From: a virus
Length of the DNA stretch: 32,000 bases
Virus record (IMG/VR): IMGVR_UViG_3300045988_146431
Span: 12,528-44,527 of that record
Reading direction: 5' to 3' (one strand)
A model generated the notes under the pieces. That model was not told the DNA's origin and ran no database searches. It was given only the letters and a program-made list of their open reading frames with translations. The position numbers were made by a program, and so were the translations under genes. Position 1 is the stretch's first letter. Every line of letters starts with the position of its first letter. Shown here piece by piece: positions 22,254-29,957 of this stretch.

Positions 22254-22658
22254 ATGGAAGAAACAATTGGGCAACGGATAAATGTTGTCAGAAAGAAATT
22301 AAATTTAACACTTGAAAAATTTGGTGAAAAAATCGGAATTTCAAAAGTTTCCGTTAGAGCCATAGAAAAAGGAATAAATAACCCATCAGAACAAACTATA
22401 AAATTAATTTGTAGTGTATATAACGTTGACTATGCATGGTTAACTCAAGGTGTTGGAGAAGATATTTTTATTTCCATTCCTGAGTCAAAGATAGATCAAA
22501 TCATGGAAGATTATGGCTTAACTGAAAAAGAGCGACCACTTGTTCGAGGATATTTGGAAGCACCCGAAGAAGTCAGACAACAAGTTGCCGATTATTTAAA
22601 TTCAATTGTTGAAAGAGAAATAGCTAGAAGAGAAAAAGAAAAGAGTAACAAGAAATAA
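22254..22658 (+). CDS. CI-like repressor (XRE HTH, 134 aa)
   Basis: IGQRINVVRKKLNLTLEKFGEKIGISKVSVRAIEKGINNPSEQTIKLICSVYNVDYAWL. One of the few plus-strand genes, and divergent from the early operon. Confidence 0.8.
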   Translation: MEETIGQRINVVRKKLNLTLEKFGEKIGISKVSVRAIEKGINNPSEQTIKLICSVYNVDYAWLTQGVGEDIFISIPESKIDQIMEDYGLTEKERPLVRGYLEAPEEVRQQVADYLNSIVEREIARREKEKSNKK

Positions 22659-22677
22659 CTTGTTACTCTTTGTTTTA
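22643..22677. terminator. Bidirectional terminator (repressor / lipoprotein)
   Basis: The 10-bp stem GAGTAACAAG/CTTGTTACTC (22643-22668) has the repressor stop in its loop. T-rich runs on both sides. Confidence 0.65.
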
Positions 22678-22695
22678 TGATTCTATTGGATTGTT

Positions 22696-23478
22696 TTAAT
22701 CTTCTGAATCTTCATTTGATATTTTTGCAGATGGAAACGCTATAACTATTTTGTAATCATCATAAGTTGATGCATCGTCTAAGTCAACGTGGTTTGGACT
22801 TATATTAAAATTTTGTTTGTCTTTATAATCTAAATCGCTAATATACTTACCTGTTGAACCAATTAATTTTTTATCTTTATAGAATACACCTATAACTTCT
22901 ACTTCCGATACCCCTTCAGGATATTCCTCCAGGTCACTACAAATTGATCCAACTAATTCTTTATGTGTTTTACCTTCAGGGTTAGAACCATAATTTTTCA
23001 CATCATCAATTCGAGTATCTTTTAATTTGAAAAGATCATTTGATTTTTTTCCTTTAGCTAAAGGTTCAGAAAATCCACCTGAGTTTTCAATATCTTCTAT
23101 TCTAAATTTAACTTTAGCAGGTTTTTCACTCACTGCGGTTACGTACCAAGAAATATATGTATGATTTTTAGCTAATATATAACCAGTATACATTCCTTCT
23201 TCTTTAATGCTATATCCATCTTCATCTTGGCAATCAATAAATAACCCTTGGTAATTGTTTGCATCATATGAATTTGGGTTAATCACTTCTACTGAATAAT
23301 ATACATCCCATATACCATCTCCTCTATCTTGAATATCATAGTAAGATTCTCCAATTTCCAACGATTGATTTTTTATAGCATTATCTTTATTTTCTGTTGA
23401 TGATGTATTGTTGTTTGAACATCCAATTAAACATATAACCATCATTAAAGATAATGCTAATGATAAGTACTTTTTCAT
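22696..23478 (-). CDS. Lipoprotein (260 aa)
   Basis: MKKYLSLALSLMMVICLIGCSNNN has lipobox LIGC. Located in the lysogeny region, convergent with the repressor. Confidence 0.75.
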   Translation of the reverse strand: MKKYLSLALSLMMVICLIGCSNNNTSSTENKDNAIKNQSLEIGESYYDIQDRGDGIWDVYYSVEVINPNSYDANNYQGLFIDCQDEDGYSIKEEGMYTGYILAKNHTYISWYVTAVSEKPAKVKFRIEDIENSGGFSEPLAKGKKSNDLFKLKDTRIDDVKNYGSNPEGKTHKELVGSICSDLEEYPEGVSEVEVIGVFYKDKKLIGSTGKYISDLDYKDKQNFNISPNHVDLDDASTYDDYKIVIAFPSAKISNEDSED

Positions 23479-23600
23479 AATTCACCTTGCATGCCCTTTC
23501 ATATTTAATATTAAACGATTTACGATAATTATTCTAGGATTTCATCCTATCTTCTACTTATTTTTTAAAATTTGCGCACTAATACCTATATGTATTAGTG

Positions 23601-23720
23601 TTATTCATTTTTAGATGATAACAGAAGTCTTTGTGCATGATTATATAGAATTTGCAAATCATCCACATTAAGTTTTTCTACTAGGATAATTAATTTTGTT
23701 ATCCATAAATCCCTTTTCAT
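23601..23720 (-). CDS. Possible 39-aa protein
   Basis: GAAAGGGA RBS 8 nt upstream. Hand translation: MKRDLWITKLIILVEKLNVDDLQILYNHAQRLLLSSKNE. Confidence 0.4.
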   Translation of the reverse strand: MKRDLWITKLIILVEKLNVDDLQILYNHAQRLLLSSKNE

Positions 23721-23756
23721 AAGATCATCCCTTTCCATTCAGTTTTTATGAACAAA

Positions 23757-23807
23757 AAGGAAAACGTTTTCCTTATTCTAATATAAGTCTTAAATTTTAT
23801 ATGTCAA
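23757..23807 (-). promoter_or_regulatory. Promoter-like element with overlapping 18-bp palindrome
   Basis: Minus strand: TTGACA (23807-23802), 16 nt, TATATT (23785-23780). The perfect palindrome AAGGAAAACGTTTTCCTT (23757-23774) sits at about +1 and is followed by TTTTTG. It could be an operator, or a terminator for upstream transcription. Confidence 0.35.
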
Positions 23808-23892
23808 TGCCTGCTTTGTATTAAATTGTACAAATATAATACTAATATGTACAAGTGGTTATATATTACATTACCAGTCTCGAATTTTCTTC

Positions 23893-23901
23893 GGGGGGGG
23901 G
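23893..23901. repeat. G9 homopolymer tract
   Basis: ttcttcGGGGGGGGGtagaa, counted directly. Lies in an intergenic, very AT-rich context. Confidence 0.9.
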
Positions 23902-24078
23902 TAGAATTTTTAATGAAATTTTGGCTATATTATTAATAACCGATTTTGCTTTGTAAATATTTATTAATATTTTGCATTTTTCATTACTATTTTTAAAATG
24001 TGATGTTATTATTCATGTGTACATGATAAATATTTTAGGCTTTTTTCTATTTTCTCAAGAAAAGATTAGCAGAGAATG

Positions 24079-24121
24079 AAAAACAGATAGTGGTGTTGAG
24101 CAGCATACACTATCTGTTTTT
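24079..24121. terminator. Bidirectional intrinsic terminator after the cargo pair
   Basis: AAAAACAGATAGTG (24079-24092) pairs with CACTATCTGTTTTT (24108-24121), 10 nt from the stop of 24131..24895. Confidence 0.65.
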
Positions 24122-24130
24122 CTTTTTATA

Positions 24131-24895
24131 TTAGCTAAATAAGCCTTTCTCTTTTTCAAGATCACTGAATGGAACTGTCATTATTCCATATTGTTTAAAA
24201 CCTTGCACGATATCGCTTTTTATTGTTTGAGCATCGTTTAGAATTACAATGCATTTCGCATCGTTTCTAGTCTTTTCTATATCCAACCACGCAAATACTG
24301 TAGTAGTCAGACTATCTCTAGTAGGATTGTTGATTGCCTTGCATAAGCGCTCGTTGTGATTTTTATTTCTTTGAAAGCATAGATCAAATTTTTGAGTTAG
24401 TCCTGACCTTCCAACAAATGAAACGTTATCCGAAAAATAAATATCATTTTTAATAAAAAAGTTTGTTACATCTTCCAAGAAATATGATGTAGTACGAACT
24501 GTATTGGTTAAATACATATCGTCAATTTGAAGCATTGTCATTGCTAATTGATGCACTTTAGATGGTAAATCCTCTTCAGATGATAAAACAGTCATTTCAT
24601 TATCATCACTTAAGGAAACCCCTGACAACATACAAATTTGTTCAATGGTTTTTCTTCTGCTGGATTTCTTACCAATATTCATGCCTGTATCGATAAGATT
24701 ATTTATAATATATCCATCATCGGAAACCAAAAACATACCGTTTTCTTTTTTATCATCCACATAGCAAACTATTGAATCTCCTATGTGATCTTCAAAAGGA
24801 AGGACTATTTCATGTGCAGTTTCTATTTTTTTTACAGATAAATTGGATTTTAAAAAATTCAAATAATTCTTTGCAAAGTCTTTTAAATTTTCCAT
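24131..24895 (-). CDS. Hypothetical protein, DUF1828+DUF1829-like architecture (254 aa)
   Basis: GGAGG RBS 9 nt upstream. The N-terminal part (VLPFEDHIGDSIVCYVDDKKENGMFLVSDDGYIINNL) and the C-terminal part (VGRSGLTQKFDLCFQRNKNHNERLCKAIN...VFAWLDIEKTR...IVILND) resemble my memory of the DUF1828/DUF1829 pair. Function unknown. Confidence 0.7.
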   Translation of the reverse strand: MENLKDFAKNYLNFLKSNLSVKKIETAHEIVLPFEDHIGDSIVCYVDDKKENGMFLVSDDGYIINNLIDTGMNIGKKSSRRKTIEQICMLSGVSLSDDNEMTVLSSEEDLPSKVHQLAMTMLQIDDMYLTNTVRTTSYFLEDVTNFFIKNDIYFSDNVSFVGRSGLTQKFDLCFQRNKNHNERLCKAINNPTRDSLTTTVFAWLDIEKTRNDAKCIVILNDAQTIKSDIVQGFKQYGIMTVPFSDLEKEKGLFS

Positions 24896-24922
24896 AACAC
24901 CATTCCTCCCTACAAAAACATT

Positions 24923-25408
24923 TTAACAAAATCTAGGCATTTCCACCACGCTATTTTTGTTTAATTCAATTACTTTAAATTTTCTTAAAAATTCTACACA
25001 ATAGTTTACCAAGTTAGGATTATTGATATCAAACTTTGTTGCATATTTATCTTGGTATTGTTCGGTAAATATATGTAGATGAGTTCCATAAATAATTTCT
25101 CCATCCGGATTTTTATGAGCGTGGTTATCAGGAACTACATCCAATCGCATCAAAGGTAATTTTGCTTCTTTATCTAAGGCAAGATATGTTAGTTTATCAG
25201 ATTGTCTGTTACCTCTACGCAAAATAATTTTGAATTTATGTTTAAATTCTTCTATAAGATAAGCTTCATATTCATTTCTTTCAGCTGGATTTGGAATTTC
25301 AATTTGTTTTTCTTGTAATCTCTTAAGTCCATCTAATAATTTTCTGATTTCTTCTTCTTTCATTTCCTCGTGCACCTCTATATTAATTTTAATATCGACA
25401 TTATTCAT
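24923..25408 (-). CDS. Hypothetical protein with His-rich HxNPDG...HLH motif (161 aa)
   Basis: ATG lies 6 nt after the integrase stop with no obvious SD, suggesting translational coupling (alternative start at Met16). Charged helical N-terminus. C-terminal LMRLDVVPDNHAHKNPDGEIIYGTHLHIFTEQY. Confidence 0.65.
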   Translation of the reverse strand: MNNVDIKINIEVHEEMKEEEIRKLLDGLKRLQEKQIEIPNPAERNEYEAYLIEEFKHKFKIILRRGNRQSDKLTYLALDKEAKLPLMRLDVVPDNHAHKNPDGEIIYGTHLHIFTEQYQDKYATKFDINNPNLVNYCVEFLRKFKVIELNKNSVVEMPRFC

Positions 25409-25414
25409 GTCTAT

Positions 25415-26512
25415 TTATAACAACTTATTCATCATATCTACAATACTCTTGTCTTTTGTATCAAACCAGTGTGCATATGTACTATGCAATGTTTCAACTG
25501 TATCTCCTAAGCGTTTGGCTATGTCAAAATCTGAGAATCCAGCTCCTGCCATGTTATTAATTAGAAATGATGCGTGTGAATGTCTAAAATCATGAATTCT
25601 TATTTTAGGCAATCCATCATCTTTTTCTTTTGCCTTATTGTATGCATCATCAAATCTTCTTTGTACTGTCTGAGGTGATATTGGTTTATAATATCCAAAC
25701 ACAAATTTATCTTTTGTGAAATCATCCCATTTAGAACATTCTAAAAACCATTCTCGAAGCATTTTAGACAATGTATTAGGCATTGTGATAGTTCTATAGC
25801 TATTGTTTGTTTTTGGCGGTGTAAGCCATTTATTAGGGTCTTTCTCTTTGTATCTATATGTTTTGTTGATGTCTATAGTTTGCTTCCTAAAATCAATGTC
25901 CTTCCATTGTAGGGCCATTGCTTCGCCTTTTCGTAATCCCATATAGAATAAAACAGAATAAAAGCATTTCATCATTTGTTCATCTACTTCTTCAATAAAC
26001 AAATCAAAATCATATTGCTGCCATATTGTCATTTCTTCTTTTCTTTCATTCAATCTAAGATCACGTTTTACATATGTCATTGGATTGGTTGGAATGTATT
26101 CAGAAGTAACGCCAAATTTATATAGCTTATTTAAAAAGAAATATATTCTAGATACATATGCCTTTGAATATTTCTCATCAAATTTGTTGATCAAGTTTTG
26201 CATTTGCCTTTTATCTAAAAAATCAATATCTTTCATTTCCTTAGAAAGAACATTGTACAAATATTCATCAGATTTTAGTGTTGATTCTTTTACATACTTT
26301 TTATTATATTCTTTAAAAGCTTTATATAGTCTGTCAAAATTCATGTCGGATGGAAGCATAAAGAAATCTTTCCTGAATTCAACCTCAGCTTTTTGTGCTT
26401 CCCATTTAGAATCAAAACCACGCTTACGATATCTCTTTATACATTTACCATCTTTGTATATTTTCCCGGCAAACATATATTTTCCTGTCTTCTTATCTAA
26501 TTCAACTGCCAT
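25415..26512 (-). CDS. int: Tyrosine integrase (phage-type, 365 aa)
   Basis: N-terminal arm-binding-like domain (MAVELDKKTGKYMFAGKIYKDGKCIKRYRKRGF). Catalytic LRKGEAMAL, RIHDFRHSHASFLI and LGDTVETLHSTYAHW. GAGGG RBS. Confidence 0.9.
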   Translation of the reverse strand: MAVELDKKTGKYMFAGKIYKDGKCIKRYRKRGFDSKWEAQKAEVEFRKDFFMLPSDMNFDRLYKAFKEYNKKYVKESTLKSDEYLYNVLSKEMKDIDFLDKRQMQNLINKFDEKYSKAYVSRIYFFLNKLYKFGVTSEYIPTNPMTYVKRDLRLNERKEEMTIWQQYDFDLFIEEVDEQMMKCFYSVLFYMGLRKGEAMALQWKDIDFRKQTIDINKTYRYKEKDPNKWLTPPKTNNSYRTITMPNTLSKMLREWFLECSKWDDFTKDKFVFGYYKPISPQTVQRRFDDAYNKAKEKDDGLPKIRIHDFRHSHASFLINNMAGAGFSDFDIAKRLGDTVETLHSTYAHWFDTKDKSIVDMMNKLL

Positions 26513-26828
26513 TTTTTGTGCCCTCTTATATGTCCATAATATGCAAAAAAAGGGTATAATTCAATATTTTAATATCAAATTATACCCCAAAGTACCCCAA
26601 GACAAATAAAAAAGCCTTTAAATAAAGGCTTAAATTTCAATGGAGCAGATGAGGGGATTATATAAATACCTCATATCTATTGATATTTGATGTTATTTAC
26701 ATCGTTATCTACGTGTTTTGATAGCACTTTGTTGTTTTGTACCCCAAAATGTACCTCACTGCTTCACGCAAGAAAAATAATACAGTATAAACTATATTAT
26801 GTCAAACAATTTTTTATATTTTTTTATT
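26513..26828. other. attP-like region between endolysin and integrase
   Basis: No credible ORF. Contains a 34-bp imperfect palindrome (26553-26586) and TACCCCAA three times (26583, 26593, 26740). Also has a promoter-like TTGACA-17-TATTAT on the minus strand (26805-26777) and a terminator hairpin. Confidence 0.45.
26602..26631 (-). terminator. Intrinsic terminator (end of late/lysis transcription)
   Basis: AAGCCTT (26612-26618) pairs with AAGGCTT (26625-26631), followed on the minus strand by TTTTTATTTG. Confidence 0.6.
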
Positions 26829-27905
26829 TTATTCAATTTCTGTTAATGGTGTTGGGTCAACCCAAACGCCACCAATCTTGACAATATTCTTTTGAACATT
26901 CACTGCATCGACTCTGATTCTAGATACATAGACTACTGCATTTGTGGTATGCAACACATTGTCATTATATCCGTCTGAGTTTGGCACTTTGTCGACCAAT
27001 CGAATTGGAAACCAACCGCCTAATTGAGATAAGTAACAACATAAATCATCACCAATCTTTTTCAAGCCTTGATTACCAATTTTCATATGTACAGATGTAA
27101 CATAGCTACCTTCATGCAAAATTTGGTCGATAGCTTCTGCGCTAGACTGTGTGGCGCCAACTGGCACATGAGGGTCTGTATCAATACCAGCATCATTAGT
27201 CCATCCAATCGCTACTCCATTACGATCAACACGATATGGATATTTTGTTCCTTTAATTACTCTACCAATGACACCTGACCAATCACCTTTTTTAACTGTA
27301 GAAGTTCCGTAGCAATTCACACTCAATGTGTTTGTACAGATAGGTAAATTAACTGAATATTTTTCTCCACTTGGAGTTGTAGGTTTTGGTGTTTCAACCT
27401 TTCCATCTAATTTTGCATTTACTTCATTAGCCAATTGTGGCATACGTGCTTCCAACCATGCTCCAGGGCATGATGTAGCCGCAAACATTTTGTGCATAGT
27501 CAATGATCCGCTAGAATTTCCTGTATAGTTCAATCTAAATCCATATCGTTTACAAATATCTACACATAGATTCACCAAGCTATCCCAAGTAGCTTGCGTC
27601 ATTTCTCCAGTTGCGTTATTAATGTTTCCACATTCAATTGTAATTGATTGAGAATCATTCAACCAATTTGAACTTGTCCATGCAGCATTTTCTTCATCAA
27701 CACTGCATGCAATGTCTCCATTAATTCCAATACAATAATTGGAAGATGCTTGACGAGTATTTCGTGCAAAATAATCTGCACATTGTTTACCACTCCATGC
27801 CGCAGCCATGTAGTGTGGAGTGATTTTACAAACCTTATATCCAAAACGACCATCATAATGTTGTGATGTTCTGTTACAATATGTTGCTAATCCGGAATAC
27901 GACAT
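26829..27905 (-). CDS. Endolysin: N-acetylmuramoyl-L-alanine amidase (Amidase_2/PGRP-like) with C-terminal wall-binding repeats
   Basis: KITPHYMAA...SSNYCIGINGDIACSVDEENAAWTSSN...SITIECGN...MHKMFAATSCPG fits the amidase_2 pattern. The C-terminal half looks SH3-like and repeated. Directly downstream of the holin. Confidence 0.85.
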   Translation of the reverse strand: MSYSGLATYCNRTSQHYDGRFGYKVCKITPHYMAAAWSGKQCADYFARNTRQASSNYCIGINGDIACSVDEENAAWTSSNWLNDSQSITIECGNINNATGEMTQATWDSLVNLCVDICKRYGFRLNYTGNSSGSLTMHKMFAATSCPGAWLEARMPQLANEVNAKLDGKVETPKPTTPSGEKYSVNLPICTNTLSVNCYGTSTVKKGDWSGVIGRVIKGTKYPYRVDRNGVAIGWTNDAGIDTDPHVPVGATQSSAEAIDQILHEGSYVTSVHMKIGNQGLKKIGDDLCCYLSQLGGWFPIRLVDKVPNSDGYNDNVLHTTNAVVYVSRIRVDAVNVQKNIVKIGGVWVDPTPLTEIE

Positions 27906-28000
27906 TCTTCATCTACACCTTCTTCCTTGCCATTGCTTAATTCTTCTTTTGCTTCTTCTGATAGATTCTCATAATCTACTACTTTTTCTTCATCATTCAT
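27887..28000 (-). CDS. Possible 37-aa acidic peptide bridging holin and endolysin
   Basis: GGAGGA lies 4 nt before the ATG. Hand translation: MNDEEKVVDYENLSEEAKEELSNGKEEGVDEECRIPD. Overlaps the endolysin start by 19 nt. Could be a non-coding spacer. Confidence 0.3.
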   Translation of the reverse strand: MNDEEKVVDYENLSEEAKEELSNGKEEGVDEECRIPD

Positions 28001-28002
28001 TA

Positions 28003-28224
28003 TTATTCCTCCGGTACACTAATTTCAGGCAATCCGCCAATACTAGTCAGCAACGAGACGATGCCTGACAAAACCGCTGACGAAATTACAACTCGCCAAT
28101 CAACGGCTTCCAATAATGCAGATGCTCCAATAACACCAACAGCAGTTTGAGCAATTGTCTTTAATGCTCTGATACTTGCATAATAGCCATATTGAATCCA
28201 CCATTCTTTACTATATTTTTTCAT
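28003..28224 (-). CDS. Holin (73 aa)
   Basis: Two hydrophobic helices (IRALKTIAQTAVGVIGASALLEAV and VVISSAVLSGIVSLLTSIGGL) and an acidic tail PEISVPEE. Resembles the Phage_holin_1/phi LC3-type pattern. Immediately upstream of the lysin. Confidence 0.7.
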   Translation of the reverse strand: MKKYSKEWWIQYGYYASIRALKTIAQTAVGVIGASALLEAVDWRVVISSAVLSGIVSLLTSIGGLPEISVPEE

Positions 28225-28245
28225 TTACAAATACCTCCTATCCTA

Positions 28246-28282
28246 ATAATAGTATTTAAATCGTTTGTACACTGTACAAAAT
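28246..28282 (-). promoter_or_regulatory. Late promoter box 2 (same palindrome, N12, TATTAT) in front of the holin
   Basis: 28264-28282 is identical to 5556-5574. The minus-strand -10 TATTAT (28251-28246) follows after exactly 12 nt. The holin ATG is 22 nt downstream of the -10. Confidence 0.45.
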
Positions 28283-28303
28283 AAAAGACCGTATTTAACG
28301 GCC
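28281..28303 (-). terminator. Intrinsic terminator closing the five-gene cassette
   Basis: Minus strand: GGCCGT-taaat-ACGGTC (one G-U pair) followed by TTTTATTTT. Starts right after the stop at 28304. Confidence 0.5.
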
Positions 28304-28777
28304 TTATTGATACATATTAAACATGTCTCGAATATGTGTCTTAATCATTGTTTTTTCTTCATCTGAATCAACGCATCCATGAATCATAGTTACGATTTGT
28401 TGCATACATTTCATTGTCTTATCCAATTCACGATGAGACTTTTCTAAGTCCATATCACCTTTTGTACGCTCATATTCTTCTTTGAACGCTTTATATTTTT
28501 TCAAATGTTCTGCAAGCTTATAAACAATATCTTCTGTTTCTGGATCATGAATATTATATCCATCATTATCTTCTTTTAATCGAGCTACAGTTGAAACTCC
28601 ATCTTTTCCTATCTCAATTTGATATTTGTTTCTCATTGCTTCTATAGTTTCAATGTCTTTGATATTATCTAAAGCTTGAGATAATGCATGGAAATAAGAT
28701 TCTGCATATCCATATTTCTCTAACATGTTTACTGACTCATGCATTATCTTCTCATTAACTTCCATTGCTTTATGCAT
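28304..28777 (-). CDS. Cassette gene 5: acidic helical protein (157 aa)
   Basis: ATG 28777 lies 5 nt after AGGTGA (the track GTG 28786 abuts the upstream stop). No family recognised. Confidence 0.6.
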   Translation of the reverse strand: MHKAMEVNEKIMHESVNMLEKYGYAESYFHALSQALDNIKDIETIEAMRNKYQIEIGKDGVSTVARLKEDNDGYNIHDPETEDIVYKLAEHLKKYKAFKEEYERTKGDMDLEKSHRELDKTMKCMQQIVTMIHGCVDSDEEKTMIKTHIRDMFNMYQ

Positions 28778-28786
28778 ATATTTCAC

Positions 28787-29206
28787 CTACGCAATCTTTT
28801 TAATGATAATGTTTGCATTTTGAACAGATAGATCTAAACCACTGTCATTTGCTAATGCAATTGTATAAGATGCGCCACATGGAACTTGAATTAGAGTGTC
28901 TCCACTTACATTTCCATACGCACTTGCAGTTGCAACAGTATAAATAGATTGTGTTCCACCAATTGCTTCTCCGTTTAGTTCAAGCACTAAAGAAGCTTGT
29001 CCTGCCGCTGCACTCGTAATATCCGCAGTATAAGTTACTTCATAGATACCTGGCTTTGTTAGTGTAAACAATCCACTTCCTAGATCATGAGCAAGCCAAC
29101 CTTTACATGGACACTGGCAGGATTTACTTCTTACACGATCTGTAGGAAACAATACATTATTTGAATTATCGACTGTCTGAACAGCCGTAGCAATACTATT
29201 AATCAT
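28787..29206 (-). CDS. Cassette gene 4: BclA-C-terminal / C1q-TNF-like jelly-roll protein (139 aa)
   Basis: AGGAGGA RBS. ...CQCPCKGW...GIYEVTYTADITSAAAGQASLVLELNGEAIGGTQSIYTVATASAYGNVSGDTLIQVPCGASYTIALANDSG...NANIIIKKIA parallels the remembered BclA C-terminal domain pattern. No collagen GXX repeats. Confidence 0.55.
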   Translation of the reverse strand: MINSIATAVQTVDNSNNVLFPTDRVRSKSCQCPCKGWLAHDLGSGLFTLTKPGIYEVTYTADITSAAAGQASLVLELNGEAIGGTQSIYTVATASAYGNVSGDTLIQVPCGASYTIALANDSGLDLSVQNANIIIKKIA

Positions 29207-29292
29207 TTTTTTGTCCTCCTATTAAAATAGGGATAGCCTTTCGACTATCCCGTTAAATCCAAAGGCAATTGCCTAATCACATATGTGCTAGA

Positions 29293-29916
29293 TTATAAGT
29301 TGTTGTAGCCATTACATCCACATCCGTTGTTATAAGCGTAATATGGTGAACATGTAATGTAAGCTGGTTTTGGTGTTGGTTGCAAAGTATTAATGATGTT
29401 TGCTGATTGTGCCTGTTGACTTAATTGGAAATTAGCCGTCAATAAATCACGATCACGATCAGCTAAACGATCACGTAATTCTTGCATAGTGTTTGCATTG
29501 ATCAACGCACGTGTTGCTTCACCTTCTGAATGAATTGCTGTTGTAATGTCACAAGTATTTTTGAAACTTTGAGCATTTACATTGTCAATTGCTCGTTGAG
29601 TGTTGCAGCAGCATTCTTGTTGCTGAGCTTGCAAGTTTTGAAGTCCTAACTGATTAGTATAGCGACTTTCTAATACATCACGTTGAGTTTGACAACCTGT
29701 TTGAGATACATTTGTGTTTGTGTTAAAAATGTCTCGTTTAATGAATTCTTCATTTAATAAAGAATCATTTGTTAGGTTTCCGTTGCCATATCCTCCATAT
29801 CCAAATAACACGAAGATTAGCAAGATCCAAATCCACCAACCTCCGCCGTTTCCAAAGCCGTCATCTCTTTCAGCTAAGTTGTAAGTTGGTTGAATTCCCA
29901 TTCCATTTTCCATCAT
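29293..29916 (-). CDS. Cassette gene 3: membrane protein with Cys clusters and coiled coil (207 aa)
   Basis: AAAGGAG RBS. TM GGGWWIWILLIFVLFGYGGYG. Motifs QQQECCCNTQRAID, EGEATRALINANTMQELRDRLADRDRDLL and the tail CSPYYAYNNGCGCNGYNNL. Confidence 0.6.
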   Translation of the reverse strand: MMENGMGIQPTYNLAERDDGFGNGGGWWIWILLIFVLFGYGGYGNGNLTNDSLLNEEFIKRDIFNTNTNVSQTGCQTQRDVLESRYTNQLGLQNLQAQQQECCCNTQRAIDNVNAQSFKNTCDITTAIHSEGEATRALINANTMQELRDRLADRDRDLLTANFQLSQQAQSANIINTLQPTPKPAYITCSPYYAYNNGCGCNGYNNL

Positions 29917-29957
29917 ATATGTTCTCCTTTCTTTCTATAATAACGGTTTATCCGTTG

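Noticed and set aside
23868-23957. Short ORFs crossing the G9 tract (e.g. MYKWLYITLPVSNFLRGGVEFLMKFWLYY) as a phase-variable coding sequence
   Set aside because: None has an RBS, all are under 30 aa, and none extends meaningfully in the shifted frames. The tract is more plausibly regulatory or incidental.
26085-26881. Plus-strand ORFs 26085..26609 (174 aa) and 26687..26881
   Set aside because: The first is antisense to the integrase and has shadow-frame composition. The second starts at a TTG in the attP gap and runs into the antisense of the lysin gene. Neither has an RBS.
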